Positions 46,129 through 55,138 of a DNA stretch of 64,000 nt are shown piece after piece (position 1 is the first letter of the stretch; every line of letters starts with the position of its first letter). A model generated the notes under the pieces. That model did no database searches. It worked only from the letters and a program-made list of their open reading frames with translations, and had not been told where the DNA came from. Source of the stretch: Gemmatimonadota bacterium (GTDB lineage: Bacteria > JAAXHH01); NCBI GenBank assembly GCA_009838645.1, contig VXRC01000005.1, positions 26,858 through 90,857 on the forward strand. The letters are read 5' to 3'. A program made the position numbers and the translations under genes.

Positions 46129-46228
46129 CGTACGTTTTGACGATTCTAGCGAGTTGTCCTTGATGTAACATCGGGAGAGCGGGGCGTGTCAACCTAAATA
46201 ACCGGGGCAGGCGGTCGGACGGACGAGG

Positions 46229-47344
46229 TCAGGATCTCACGAACATCATGCCCGGCAACTGACGCACCGCGCCTTTCAGTTCGAGCGCCAGCAGGATGCC
46301 GAGCGCCTGGGAGGAAGTAAGGGAAAGGGCGGACGCCAGGTGGTCGATGTGTTTGGGATCCGAGGTTACCTGGCCGTACATGGATTGCTCCTCGGGCGGC
46401 AGTTCCAGGGCCGTGCCGGCCGGTTCCGGTTCCGACCGGATCGGCTCGAAACCCAGCCGGGGCGCCAGTTCGTCGATCACGTCGTCGACCCGCTGGATCA
46501 GCTTGGCCGTACCGTCCTTGATCAGCCGGTTCACCCCCTCGCTGCTCGCCGCGTTCAGCGGTCCGGGCACGGCAAAGACCTCGCGGCCCTGGTCCAGGGC
46601 GAAGCGCGCGGTGATCAGCGCTCCGCTGCGCTTGCCGGCCTCCACCACGATCGTTCCCAGCGTCGATCCGCTGATGATCCGGTTTCGCTGGGGGAAATGG
46701 ACGGCGTCCGGGCCGGTTCCGAAGGGGTGCTCCGTCATCACGGCGCCATGTTCCCGGATGGTCGCCATCAGTTTTCGGTTCTCCGCGGGGTACGGCCGGT
46801 CGAGGCCCGAACCCAGTACTGCCACCGTGCGGCCGTTACCACGCAGTGCGGTCCGGTGGGCGAGCGTGTCCACACCCCGCGCCAGGCCGCTCACGACGGT
46901 GAACCCGTATGCGCTCAGTTCCGCGCTGAAGGACTCGGCCATCTTTCGGCCATAGGCGGAGGTAAACCGCGTACCCACGATGGCGATGGACTGTTCGTCC
47001 TCCGCTTTCCAGCCGCCGGAAACGAAGAGCAGGGGCGGCGGATCGTAGATCTCGCTAAGCCGCTCGGGATAGTCCCGGTCGCGGAAGGTGACGATGCGTG
47101 CGTCGTGCCGATCGAGCAGGCGCAGCTGGCGGTCGACGAAGGCCTGGTCCCGGTGGCCGCGCACCGCCCGGGCGATCTGCGGCCCCACCCCTTCGGTCCG
47201 GGCCAGTTCGTCCACGGAGGCGGACAGGGCCGCGGAGGGCGACCCGAACCGCCGCAACAGCGCGTGGAACCGCGACGCGCCCACGCCCGGTACGCGCGCG
47301 AGGGTCAGCCAGGATGCCAGGTCGGCCATAGACAAGTCCTCCAT
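46229..47344 (-). CDS. dprA: DNA processing protein DprA (Smf)
   Basis: An N-terminal SAM-like domain and a Rossmann-like domain (IVGTR..S.YG, GxARGVD) over 371 aa. Confidence 0.9.
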   Translation of the reverse strand: MEDLSMADLASWLTLARVPGVGASRFHALLRRFGSPSAALSASVDELARTEGVGPQIARAVRGHRDQAFVDRQLRLLDRHDARIVTFRDRDYPERLSEIYDPPPLLFVSGGWKAEDEQSIAIVGTRFTSAYGRKMAESFSAELSAYGFTVVSGLARGVDTLAHRTALRGNGRTVAVLGSGLDRPYPAENRKLMATIREHGAVMTEHPFGTGPDAVHFPQRNRIISGSTLGTIVVEAGKRSGALITARFALDQGREVFAVPGPLNAASSEGVNRLIKDGTAKLIQRVDDVIDELAPRLGFEPIRSEPEPAGTALELPPEEQSMYGQVTSDPKHIDHLASALSLTSSQALGILLALELKGAVRQLPGMMFVRS

Positions 47345-47451
47345 AGCCAGGTCCTCAAGGGACAGGCCATTCGGTGCAGTTGCGGGTTACGGGACTAACC
47401 GGGAACCCGTCGGCGGGTAACGCGTTCCGAATCCGACGCGATTCAATGTGA

Positions 47452-48477
47452 TTAGTCGGGCGAGTCGGTTCCGATCTCGTGAAGAATCTGGCCGATTTCC
47501 CCGAGGAGGTCGGGGATGCCTTCTCCGGTGGCGGATGAGATCGCCAGCACGGGGTTGTTGCGCTGGCCCGCGTGCTTCGCGCGGTCGGGATCCACGACGA
47601 GGCCGTCCAGGGCGGAACGGTCCACGATCAGGTCCAGTTTGGAGAAGACGACCAGGGCGGGGCGGGAGAGGAGTACGGGATTGAACTGGCGGAGTTCGTT
47701 GACGAGCACTTGGTAGTCGTGCACGGGATCGGGCTGGCTTGCGTCGAGCAGGAAGACGAGGATCCGGGTCCGCTCGACGTGGCGGAGGAACTGGTGTCCG
47801 AGTCCCTTGCCCTCGTGGGCGCCCTCGATCAGGCCGGGGATGTCCGCGAGGACGAAGCGGTCGTAGTCTCCCAGCTTGACGATGCCCAGGTTGGGTTCTA
47901 GGGTGGTGAAGGGATAGTCGGCGATCTTGGGTCTCATGGCGGACAGACGCGACAGCAGTGTGGATTTGCCCGCGTTCGGATGACCAACCAGTCCCACGTC
48001 GGCGATCAGCTTCAGTTCGAGTTCCAGCAGGCGTTCCTCGCCCGGATGACCTTCCTCCCATCGCCGGGGCGCCCGGTTGGTGGACGTGGCGAAGGCCGAG
48101 TTGCCGCGGCCCCCATGGCCTCCCCGGGCGATGACCAGGGTCTGGTCATCGCCGACCATGTCGGAAATCACCGAGCCGGACTCCCGGTCCTTGACGATGG
48201 TACCGGGAGGGACGCCGATGACCAGGTCCGGGGCGTTCCGTCCGTGCATGTCCTTGCCCTGTCCGTGCGTGCCGTTCCGGGCACGGTACAGGTGCTGGAA
48301 CTGGAAGTCGAGCAGCGTGCGCTTGCCCGGGTCGACCTGCAGGACGACATGGCCTCCGTCGCCGCCGTGTCCGCCGTCCGGCCCGCCCCGCGGCACGTTC
48401 TTCTCGCGGCGGAAGCTGCAGCAGCCGTTGCCGCCGCGTCCGGCCTTTACGTGGATTTTCGCGAAATCGACGAACAT
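47452..48477 (-). CDS. obg: GTPase Obg/CgtA
   Basis: An N-terminal Obg fold with glycine-rich GGNGG..GGDGG, the G domain GHPNAGKST, DIPGLIEGA and an OCT-type C-terminus over 341 aa. Confidence 0.92.
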   Translation of the reverse strand: MFVDFAKIHVKAGRGGNGCCSFRREKNVPRGGPDGGHGGDGGHVVLQVDPGKRTLLDFQFQHLYRARNGTHGQGKDMHGRNAPDLVIGVPPGTIVKDRESGSVISDMVGDDQTLVIARGGHGGRGNSAFATSTNRAPRRWEEGHPGEERLLELELKLIADVGLVGHPNAGKSTLLSRLSAMRPKIADYPFTTLEPNLGIVKLGDYDRFVLADIPGLIEGAHEGKGLGHQFLRHVERTRILVFLLDASQPDPVHDYQVLVNELRQFNPVLLSRPALVVFSKLDLIVDRSALDGLVVDPDRAKHAGQRNNPVLAISSATGEGIPDLLGEIGQILHEIGTDSPD

Positions 48478-48583
48478 GAGGGATATCCGAAGAGCCGGCC
48501 GCCCGCGATCGCCAAAACGATCGCGCCGTACGAGGACTGCACAGTCACACGCCCCGCTCGATGTCGGCCGCGTTGACCTAGGC

Positions 48584-49813
48584 CTACATCCGCTCGATGA
48601 TGGCGGTGCCGAATTCCGAGCACTTGACTTCCTGCGCGCCGTCCATCAGGCGGGCGAAATCGTACGTCACGATCCGGCCCCCGATGGCCTTTTCTATCCC
48701 CTGGATAATCAGGTCGGCCGCTTCGTCCCAACCAAGATAGCGCAGCATCAGTTCGCCGGAGAGGATGACGGAACCCGGGTTGACCTTGTCCTGGTTGGCG
48801 TATTTCGGCGCCGTGCCGTGGGTCGCTTCGAACACGGCGTGTCCGGTCTTGTAGTTGATGTTGCCGCCCGGCGCGATACCGATACCGCCCACCTGGGCGG
48901 CCAGGGCATCGGAAATGTAATCGCCGTTCAGATTCATGGTGGCGATGACGTCGAACTCGTCGGGACGGGTCAGGATCTGCTGCAGGAAGATGTCGGCGAT
49001 GGCGTCCTTGACCAGGATCTTGCCCTCCGGGACGTCGCCCCCGCATTCGTCCCAGCTGACCAGCCGGTCCGGGTATTCCTCCTTCGCGAGTTCGTATCCC
49101 CATTTCTGGAAGGCGCCTTCCGTGAACTTCTGGATGTTGCCCTTGTGCACCAGGGTGACGCTCTTGCGGTTCCGCGCGATGGCGTACTCGACCGCCGCGC
49201 GGATCAACCGCTTGCTGCCGGTCTCGCTCACCGGCTTTATGGCGATGCCCGAATCGGACCGGATTTCCCACCCGAACTGTTTCCTGCAGAACGCGATCAG
49301 CCTGGCGGCCTCGTCGCTGTAGGCCTCCTGTTCCTTCCCGGCGTACACGTCCTCCGTATTCTCGCGGAAGATGACCATGTCCACCTTCTCGGGATGACGC
49401 ACCGGACTGGGCACGCCGGTAAACCAGCGTACCGGCCGCAGGCATACGTACAGGTCGAGGATCTGGCGCAGCGCCACGTTCAGGCTGCGGATGCCGCCCC
49501 CCACGGGCGTGGTCAGGGGTCCCTTGATGCCCACCAGGTATTCCCGGAAACTGTCTACCGTTTCATCCGGCAGCCAGCTGTCCGTGAGATTGAAGGCTTT
49601 TTCTCCTGCCAGCACCTCGTGCCACATGATGCGCCGGCCTCCGCCATACGCCTTGTCTACGGCGGCGTCGAAAACGCGCTGTGCCGTCCTCCAGATATCC
49701 GGTCCCGTGCCGTCGCCTTCGATAAAAGGGATGACCGGTTGGTCCGGGACGTTGAGCACGCCCCGGTCATCGATGGTTATGTGCTTTCCACCAGCGGGTG
49801 GTTTTGCAGCCAT
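48584..49813 (-). CDS. icd: NADP-dependent isocitrate dehydrogenase
   Basis: The translation carries [14 protein letters not shown], the NVALRQ and GLAPGGNIN regions over 409 aa. Confidence 0.92.
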   Translation of the reverse strand: MAAKPPAGGKHITIDDRGVLNVPDQPVIPFIEGDGTGPDIWRTAQRVFDAAVDKAYGGGRRIMWHEVLAGEKAFNLTDSWLPDETVDSFREYLVGIKGPLTTPVGGGIRSLNVALRQILDLYVCLRPVRWFTGVPSPVRHPEKVDMVIFRENTEDVYAGKEQEAYSDEAARLIAFCRKQFGWEIRSDSGIAIKPVSETGSKRLIRAAVEYAIARNRKSVTLVHKGNIQKFTEGAFQKWGYELAKEEYPDRLVSWDECGGDVPEGKILVKDAIADIFLQQILTRPDEFDVIATMNLNGDYISDALAAQVGGIGIAPGGNINYKTGHAVFEATHGTAPKYANQDKVNPGSVILSGELMLRYLGWDEAADLIIQGIEKAIGGRIVTYDFARLMDGAQEVKCSEFGTAIIERM

Positions 49814-49882
49814 GTCGCTTTCTTCCTCCTCCGTCGGGTTTATTTCATGTTAGATGAAAATCATGTGGAAGTCGTGTGGATG

Positions 49883-50818
49883 CTATATGCCCAGTTCGTC
49901 CAGGCTCTCCTGGTACACCGCGGCGGAAGCACGCAGCGCCGCCCGCTCGTCGTCCGATAGGTCCAGTTCGATCACTTCCTCGATGCCGTCGCTGCCCAGT
50001 TTCACGGGCACCCCCACGCAGACGTCCCGCAGTCCGTACTCGCCTTCCAGCATGACCGAGGCGGGCAGCACGCGGTTCTTGCCCTTCAGGACGGATTCCA
50101 CCATCTGGACGACGGAGGCCGCCGGGGCGTAGTAAGCGCTGCCCGTCTTGAGGTAGTTAACGATCTCCGCGCCGCCGTCGCGGGTCCGCTGCACGATGCG
50201 GTCGATGGCTTCCCGGGACAGCAGCTCGGTGATGGGTATGCCGGAGACCGTGGTGTACCGCGGAATGGGGACCATGGTGTCGCCGTGCCCGCCGAGAATG
50301 ATCGCCTGCGTGTCTTCCATGGATACGCCGAGTTCCATGGCGACGAAGGCGCGGTAACGGGCGCAGTCGAGCACACCGGCCTGTCCGTATACGCGCTTCC
50401 GCCCGTACCCCGATACCTTGAGGGCGACATAGGTCATGACGTCCAGCGGGTTGCTCACCATCAGGATCTGGGAATCCGGCGCGTACTTCACGATGTTTTC
50501 GGTTACGGACGTGATGATTTCCGCGTTCTTCTTAAGCAGATCGAGCCGGTCCATGCCCGGCTTGCGGGCCAGGCCGGCGGTGACCACCACGAGGGCCGCG
50601 CCGTCAAGGGCCGCGAAATCGTTGGAGCCTTCGATCGCCGAATCATAGCCCAGTACCGGTCCGGCTTCCATCATGTCCAGTCCCTTGCCCTGCGGGATAC
50701 CGTCCACCACGTCGATCAGGGCGATATCGCCCAGTTCCTTCTGCGCGGCGTACAGCGCAGCGGTCGCCCCCACGTTTCCCGCACCGACCATGCCGATCTT
50801 TACCATTTGTTCCTCCAT
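49883..50818 (-). CDS. mdh: Malate dehydrogenase (LDH-like, type 3)
   Basis: The translation carries GMVGAGNVG, TAGLARKPGM and NPLD motifs. The true start is probably MVKIG at about 50806. Confidence 0.9.
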   Translation of the reverse strand: MEEQMVKIGMVGAGNVGATAALYAAQKELGDIALIDVVDGIPQGKGLDMMEAGPVLGYDSAIEGSNDFAALDGAALVVVTAGLARKPGMDRLDLLKKNAEIITSVTENIVKYAPDSQILMVSNPLDVMTYVALKVSGYGRKRVYGQAGVLDCARYRAFVAMELGVSMEDTQAIILGGHGDTMVPIPRYTTVSGIPITELLSREAIDRIVQRTRDGGAEIVNYLKTGSAYYAPAASVVQMVESVLKGKNRVLPASVMLEGEYGLRDVCVGVPVKLGSDGIEEVIELDLSDDERAALRASAAVYQESLDELGI

Positions 50819-50849
50819 GTATGAACGATGTATCGAGTTTCCTGAGACT

Positions 50850-52007
50850 TTAGCGGGCCGGATCCATATCGATCAGCAGCGATGCGTCGATGGGATGGTA
50901 ATGGTCCGCGGTTTCCATCAGGTCCCGCGCCGTGTTGTGCGGAAAGGAAAACACCTCCACGCGCGGGCCCAGTTCCTTGAGCAGCTGGATCAGCGACACG
51001 AAATCCCCGTCGCCGCTGGCCAGGATGACCACGTCGACCTTCTCGGCCATTCTGATCATGTCGATGGCCATCTCCATGTCCCAGTCGCCTTTCGCCGAAC
51101 CGTCGCTGCGCCTGCGGAGGTCCTTCCGCTTCACCTCGTAGCTGAACTGTTCCAGCATGGTGACGAATCCGCTCTGGTCCACCTCCGGGGTCTGGATCAC
51201 GTAGGCGTAGGCCCGTATCAGCCGGCGATCGCTCACGGCGGCCTGCATGAGCTTCTCGAAATCCACCCGCGCCGCCATGCCGTGCTGTTGCCGGGCGGCA
51301 TACCACATGTTCTGCACGTCGATGAAGAGGGCGACCCTTTCAGATTCCGCGCCGCTTTCTTCGCTGAACTGTTCGATCCGCCGCTGCATCTCCCTGACGC
51401 GGTCTTCCAGGATCCGATTCCGTTTTTCCAGGTCCGCGCCGTACCGGCGGGCTTCGATCAAGGCCGGGTCGGTATCCTCCATCCGGCGCGCGTCCTCCTG
51501 CCCCTCGTTCAGAACGGGATCGTCCCGCAGGTAGGGGGACGCCGTCTCTTCCGATACGCCGGACCGGGGTTGAAAAGCCGGTATCCGGTTCAGGCGTTCT
51601 ATGGCCGGCGCGTAAACCGCCTCCCGTTCGTCCAGCAACATGGCGAAGGTCATCCGTCCGCACTCCCGGGTATAGGCGTCGGTCCTGTCACTCAACAGGG
51701 AATTTATGCCTTCGGGGGACGACCTCCCGATCTGTTCGATCTCCCGTGAACTGGTCTGAACCAGGGTCCGGATGACCTGTGCGGCCGTGACTTCCCGCTC
51801 GAAGCAGTCCCCGGCGAGCTGCGCGGCGAGCGTATGCATCGCCGTAGTCGCCAGGTCCCGCCCGTCCCGGACCAGTCCGCAGATGTGCAGCAGCTTGACG
51901 ATCAGTTGCCGGTCGAGGGCGAGTTCCAGGACTCGGGCAAGCCCCTTCTCGTCGATCCTGCTGAAAAGATGCCGGTAATCCGCAAGCGCGGTTTTCGAGT
52001 TTTCCAT
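50850..52007 (-). CDS. NYN (LabA-like) domain protein with an N-terminal domain I cannot assign
   Basis: The C-terminal region (VALFIDVQNMWY...DWDMEMAIDMI...VDVVILASGDGDF) matches a PIN-like NYN nuclease fold. The N-terminal ~200 aa match no family I recognise. Confidence 0.6.
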   Translation of the reverse strand: MENSKTALADYRHLFSRIDEKGLARVLELALDRQLIVKLLHICGLVRDGRDLATTAMHTLAAQLAGDCFEREVTAAQVIRTLVQTSSREIEQIGRSSPEGINSLLSDRTDAYTRECGRMTFAMLLDEREAVYAPAIERLNRIPAFQPRSGVSEETASPYLRDDPVLNEGQEDARRMEDTDPALIEARRYGADLEKRNRILEDRVREMQRRIEQFSEESGAESERVALFIDVQNMWYAARQQHGMAARVDFEKLMQAAVSDRRLIRAYAYVIQTPEVDQSGFVTMLEQFSYEVKRKDLRRRSDGSAKGDWDMEMAIDMIRMAEKVDVVILASGDGDFVSLIQLLKELGPRVEVFSFPHNTARDLMETADHYHPIDASLLIDMDPAR

Positions 52008-52053
52008 GGTTCCACCGTGCGTTCGACAGGTTGCCGCGGAGCTTCGCGGCCGG

Positions 52054-53265
52054 TCAACCCGCCAGGGACGACAACCCCTCCTCTACCCGGTCCATGCCCC
52101 TTTCGATCACGTCCAGGGTGGTTGCGTAGGAAAACCTCAGGCAGCCCTCGGACCCGAAGGCGGCGCCCGGCGCCGAAATCACCTGGTACGCCTCGAGCAG
52201 GTACATGGCCAGGTCCAGCGATCCTTCGATGGGGCTGCCGTCGGGCCGCCTGCGGCCCAGATACGCCGACAAGTCGGGAAACACGTAGAACGCGCCGCCG
52301 GGCCGGGCGCACGCCACGCCTTCCATGTTCCGCAGCCTTCCCATGATGTAGTTCCGCCGCCGGTCGAACGCCTTGATCATGGGGGGCAGGAAGTCCTCGG
52401 GGCCGATCAGCGCGGCGATGGCCGCGTGCTGGGTGATGGCGCTCGGATGCAAGACTGTCTGTCCCTGGAATTTCGAGACCAGATCCATCACCTCGGCGGG
52501 ACCGGCGGCGTAACCCAGTCGCCATCCGGTCATGGCGTACGCCTTGGACAGTCCGTTGACCACCAGCGCCTGTTCCTTCATCCGCGGATGGAGGGCCGCG
52601 ATGCTTATGTGGCGATGGCCGTCATACAGGATCTTCTCGTACAGTTCGTCCGTTATGACGTATATCCCCGCATCCATGACCACTTCGGCGATGGCGGCGA
52701 GTTCGTCCCTCGAGTACACCATGCCCGTGGGATTGGAGGGAGAGTTGAGCAGGAGCGCCCTGGTCTTCGGCGTAATCGCGGACCGCACCTGGCCGGCCGT
52801 CGCCTTGAAAGAAGCGTCCGGTCCCGTGTTCAGCACCACCGGAACGGCGCCCGCGAGTTTGACCATCTCGGGATAACTGACCCAGTAGGGCGCCGGGACG
52901 AGTACCTCGTCGCCTTCGTCGCAGATCACGTAGAGCAGGTTGTACAGGGCGTGCTTGCCGCCGGAGGTCGTCGCGATCTGGTTCGGCGCGTATTCGAGCC
53001 CGTTGTCCCTGGCCAGCTTGCGGCAGATCGCTTCCTTGAGGTCCAGGATGCCGGTCGCGGGCGTGTACCGGGTGAGGTTGTCCCGGATCGCCGCCATGCC
53101 GGCTTCCTTGATGTGGTCGGGCGTGGGGAAGTCCGGTTCGCCCACGGCGAAGTTGAAAACCTCGACGCCTTCGCGTTTCATCGCGATGGCCCGCTCGTTG
53201 AGTGCGGTGGTCGCGGAGGGTGCGATGCGATCCAGTTTTCGGGAAAGGGGACGAATAGCGGGCAT
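52054..53265 (-). CDS. Pyridoxal phosphate-dependent aminotransferase, class I (aspartate aminotransferase-like)
   Basis: The translation carries FAVGEPDFPTP, the NSPSNPTG and SKAYAMTGWRLGY PLP-lysine region over 403 aa. Confidence 0.88.
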   Translation of the reverse strand: MPAIRPLSRKLDRIAPSATTALNERAIAMKREGVEVFNFAVGEPDFPTPDHIKEAGMAAIRDNLTRYTPATGILDLKEAICRKLARDNGLEYAPNQIATTSGGKHALYNLLYVICDEGDEVLVPAPYWVSYPEMVKLAGAVPVVLNTGPDASFKATAGQVRSAITPKTRALLLNSPSNPTGMVYSRDELAAIAEVVMDAGIYVITDELYEKILYDGHRHISIAALHPRMKEQALVVNGLSKAYAMTGWRLGYAAGPAEVMDLVSKFQGQTVLHPSAITQHAAIAALIGPEDFLPPMIKAFDRRRNYIMGRLRNMEGVACARPGGAFYVFPDLSAYLGRRRPDGSPIEGSLDLAMYLLEAYQVISAPGAAFGSEGCLRFSYATTLDVIERGMDRVEEGLSSLAG

Positions 53266-53314
53266 GAGAAGGGGGCGGAGGGTGGAGTCGGGCAGTCCTT
53301 GAATAACCTGGGGT

Positions 53315-53800
53315 TCAGCCGATTGAGCCGCGTTTTTCCGACAGTGCCTTTAACACGGGAGGCGGGACCTGATGGCTTACGTCGCCACCGAACCGGAAGA
53401 CTTCTTTGACGAGCGAAGAACTCACGTACACCGATGGTTCACCGGGAAAGAACGATACCGTGGTCACCGACGGGGCCAGGCGCCGGTTCATGAGCGCCAT
53501 CTGGGATTCCGTTTCCAGGTCTCCCGCGGAACGAACGCCGCGGACGATCGCATGGGCGCCGAGCCTTCCGGCCAGTTCGACCGTCAGTCCGTCCGTCGAC
53601 ATCACCTCGACCCCCGTCCAGCCGTCCACTGCCTGCCGGAACAGGTCCACGCGTTCCTCCACCGAAAACATCGGGTGCTTTTCCATGTTGGTCGCAACGG
53701 CCACCACCACCCGGTCGAACACGGTCAGCGCCTGTCTCAGCACATCCAGATGTCCGTTGGTCACAGGATCGAAAGTACCGGGATACACCGCAACTTTCAT
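53315..53800 (-). CDS. coaD: Phosphopantetheine adenylyltransferase
   Basis: The translation contains YPGTFDPVTNGH and a conserved C-terminal region over 161 aa. Confidence 0.9.
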   Translation of the reverse strand: MKVAVYPGTFDPVTNGHLDVLRQALTVFDRVVVAVATNMEKHPMFSVEERVDLFRQAVDGWTGVEVMSTDGLTVELAGRLGAHAIVRGVRSAGDLETESQMALMNRRLAPSVTTVSFFPGEPSVYVSSSLVKEVFRFGGDVSHQVPPPVLKALSEKRGSIG

Positions 53801-54444
53801 CGCCGGGTTCTCGATGAAGGAGGTGGAAGATCGATGGGCAGGACTTCCGGACGGTTCACGGATGCCGCTGCAACGGGTTGATTGGACGAGGTGGGCTGAA
53901 AGAAAGACAGCGCCGTGTCACCGTACGTTCGGCTGCGCACCAGGTCGAGACCTTCGCAGGATTCCGGTTGATCGTCTCCGCGATGCTCCAGGACGAGCAG
54001 GCCGCCCGGAGCCAACACGTTCCGTTCGCCGACGGTCCGGACGATTTTCCGTACGACCGGATCGCCATAGGGCGGATCGGCGAGTATGATGTCCACCGCG
54101 CAGGCATGGTCGGCGAGGTGATCGAGACCCCGAACGGCGTCTGTCATCCAGATCCTGCCGCTTCCGCGAAACCCACAGAGGGCGAGATTGTCTTTTATCG
54201 AACGGGCGGCGCGCCGGTCGCGGTCGACGAACAGGCAGCAGCGCGCACCGCGGCTCAGCGCTTCAATGCCCAGGCTTCCCGTGCCGGCGCACAGGTCCAG
54301 CACTGTACCATCGACGATTCGTGCCGACAGGATGTCGAACAGCGATCCGCGTACGCGGCTGCCGGTGGGACGGATGTCGCCGGTTACGGACTTCAGCCGA
54401 CGGCCCCTGGCGATTCCTGTGCCGATTCGCAGCATGATCCCCAC
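53797..54444 (-). CDS. rsmD: 16S rRNA (guanine966-N2)-methyltransferase RsmD
   Basis: The translation carries LDLCAGTGSLGIEALSRGA and DPPY motifs. It overlaps the coaD start and has an unusual roughly 30-aa C-terminal extension. Confidence 0.8.
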   Translation of the reverse strand: MGIMLRIGTGIARGRRLKSVTGDIRPTGSRVRGSLFDILSARIVDGTVLDLCAGTGSLGIEALSRGARCCLFVDRDRRAARSIKDNLALCGFRGSGRIWMTDAVRGLDHLADHACAVDIILADPPYGDPVVRKIVRTVGERNVLAPGGLLVLEHRGDDQPESCEGLDLVRSRTYGDTALSFFQPTSSNQPVAAASVNRPEVLPIDLPPPSSRTRR

Positions 54445-54658
54445 CTCCGGCCATTACCGTTCGGACCACATCGAAAATAGATTTGCAGGGGGTGCATGTC
54501 AACAAAAAAGGCCGTTGGGAAACCTCGGTTTTCCGGCTGTTTGCGGGGATTTCCGGCACGCCGACCCATGGCTTCCGACCAAGCGCGTCCAGGCGCGACC
54601 TGCACCTGGGCACAGGGGCCATTCGGACGCCTCCGGGCGCGACCAGGCGCGTAGCCAT

Positions 54659-55126
54659 TCACTCCAGCTTCACCAGGGGCCGCATACGGCCGAGTTTGGC
54701 GGGACCGATCCCCTTCACGTCGAGCAGCTGCTCGACCCGCTTAAAAGGTCCGGACCGTGTCCGATATTCGATGATCGCCTCCGCCAGTTTCGGACCGATC
54801 CCCGGCAGTTTCTGAAGTTCGGACGCAGGCGCGGTGTTTACCGGCACGAGCAGGTTGCCGTCGGCCGGTTGTCCCGCGTCCGGTTGTCCCGAGTCCGGTT
54901 GTCCCGAGTCCGCCCTGGTGGACGGGAGGCGTGCGTTCGAATCGTCCACGTCAGTCGTGGCGGATCCCGTCTCGATGCCTGCGTTCAGCCGTCCGTGGAC
55001 CGGAGCCGGTCCCAGATCGGGCAGGAAATCCGAATCGTACTGTTTCACCAGCAGAATAACGGCGCCGGCCAGCATGCTTGCCGCGACGAAGATGACGGCC
55101 TGGATCTCCCCTTTTGTCATAGTCAC
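54659..55126 (-). CDS. comEA: ComEA family helix-hairpin-helix DNA-binding protein
   Basis: An N-terminal TM segment and a C-terminal HhH pair VNTAPASELQKLPGIGPKLAEAIIEYR are present. A DSGQP repeat linker sits between them. Confidence 0.75.
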   Translation of the reverse strand: MTMTKGEIQAVIFVAASMLAGAVILLVKQYDSDFLPDLGPAPVHGRLNAGIETGSATTDVDDSNARLPSTRADSGQPDSGQPDAGQPADGNLLVPVNTAPASELQKLPGIGPKLAEAIIEYRTRSGPFKRVEQLLDVKGIGPAKLGRMRPLVKLE

Positions 55127-55138
55127 CCTCGGAGCAAA

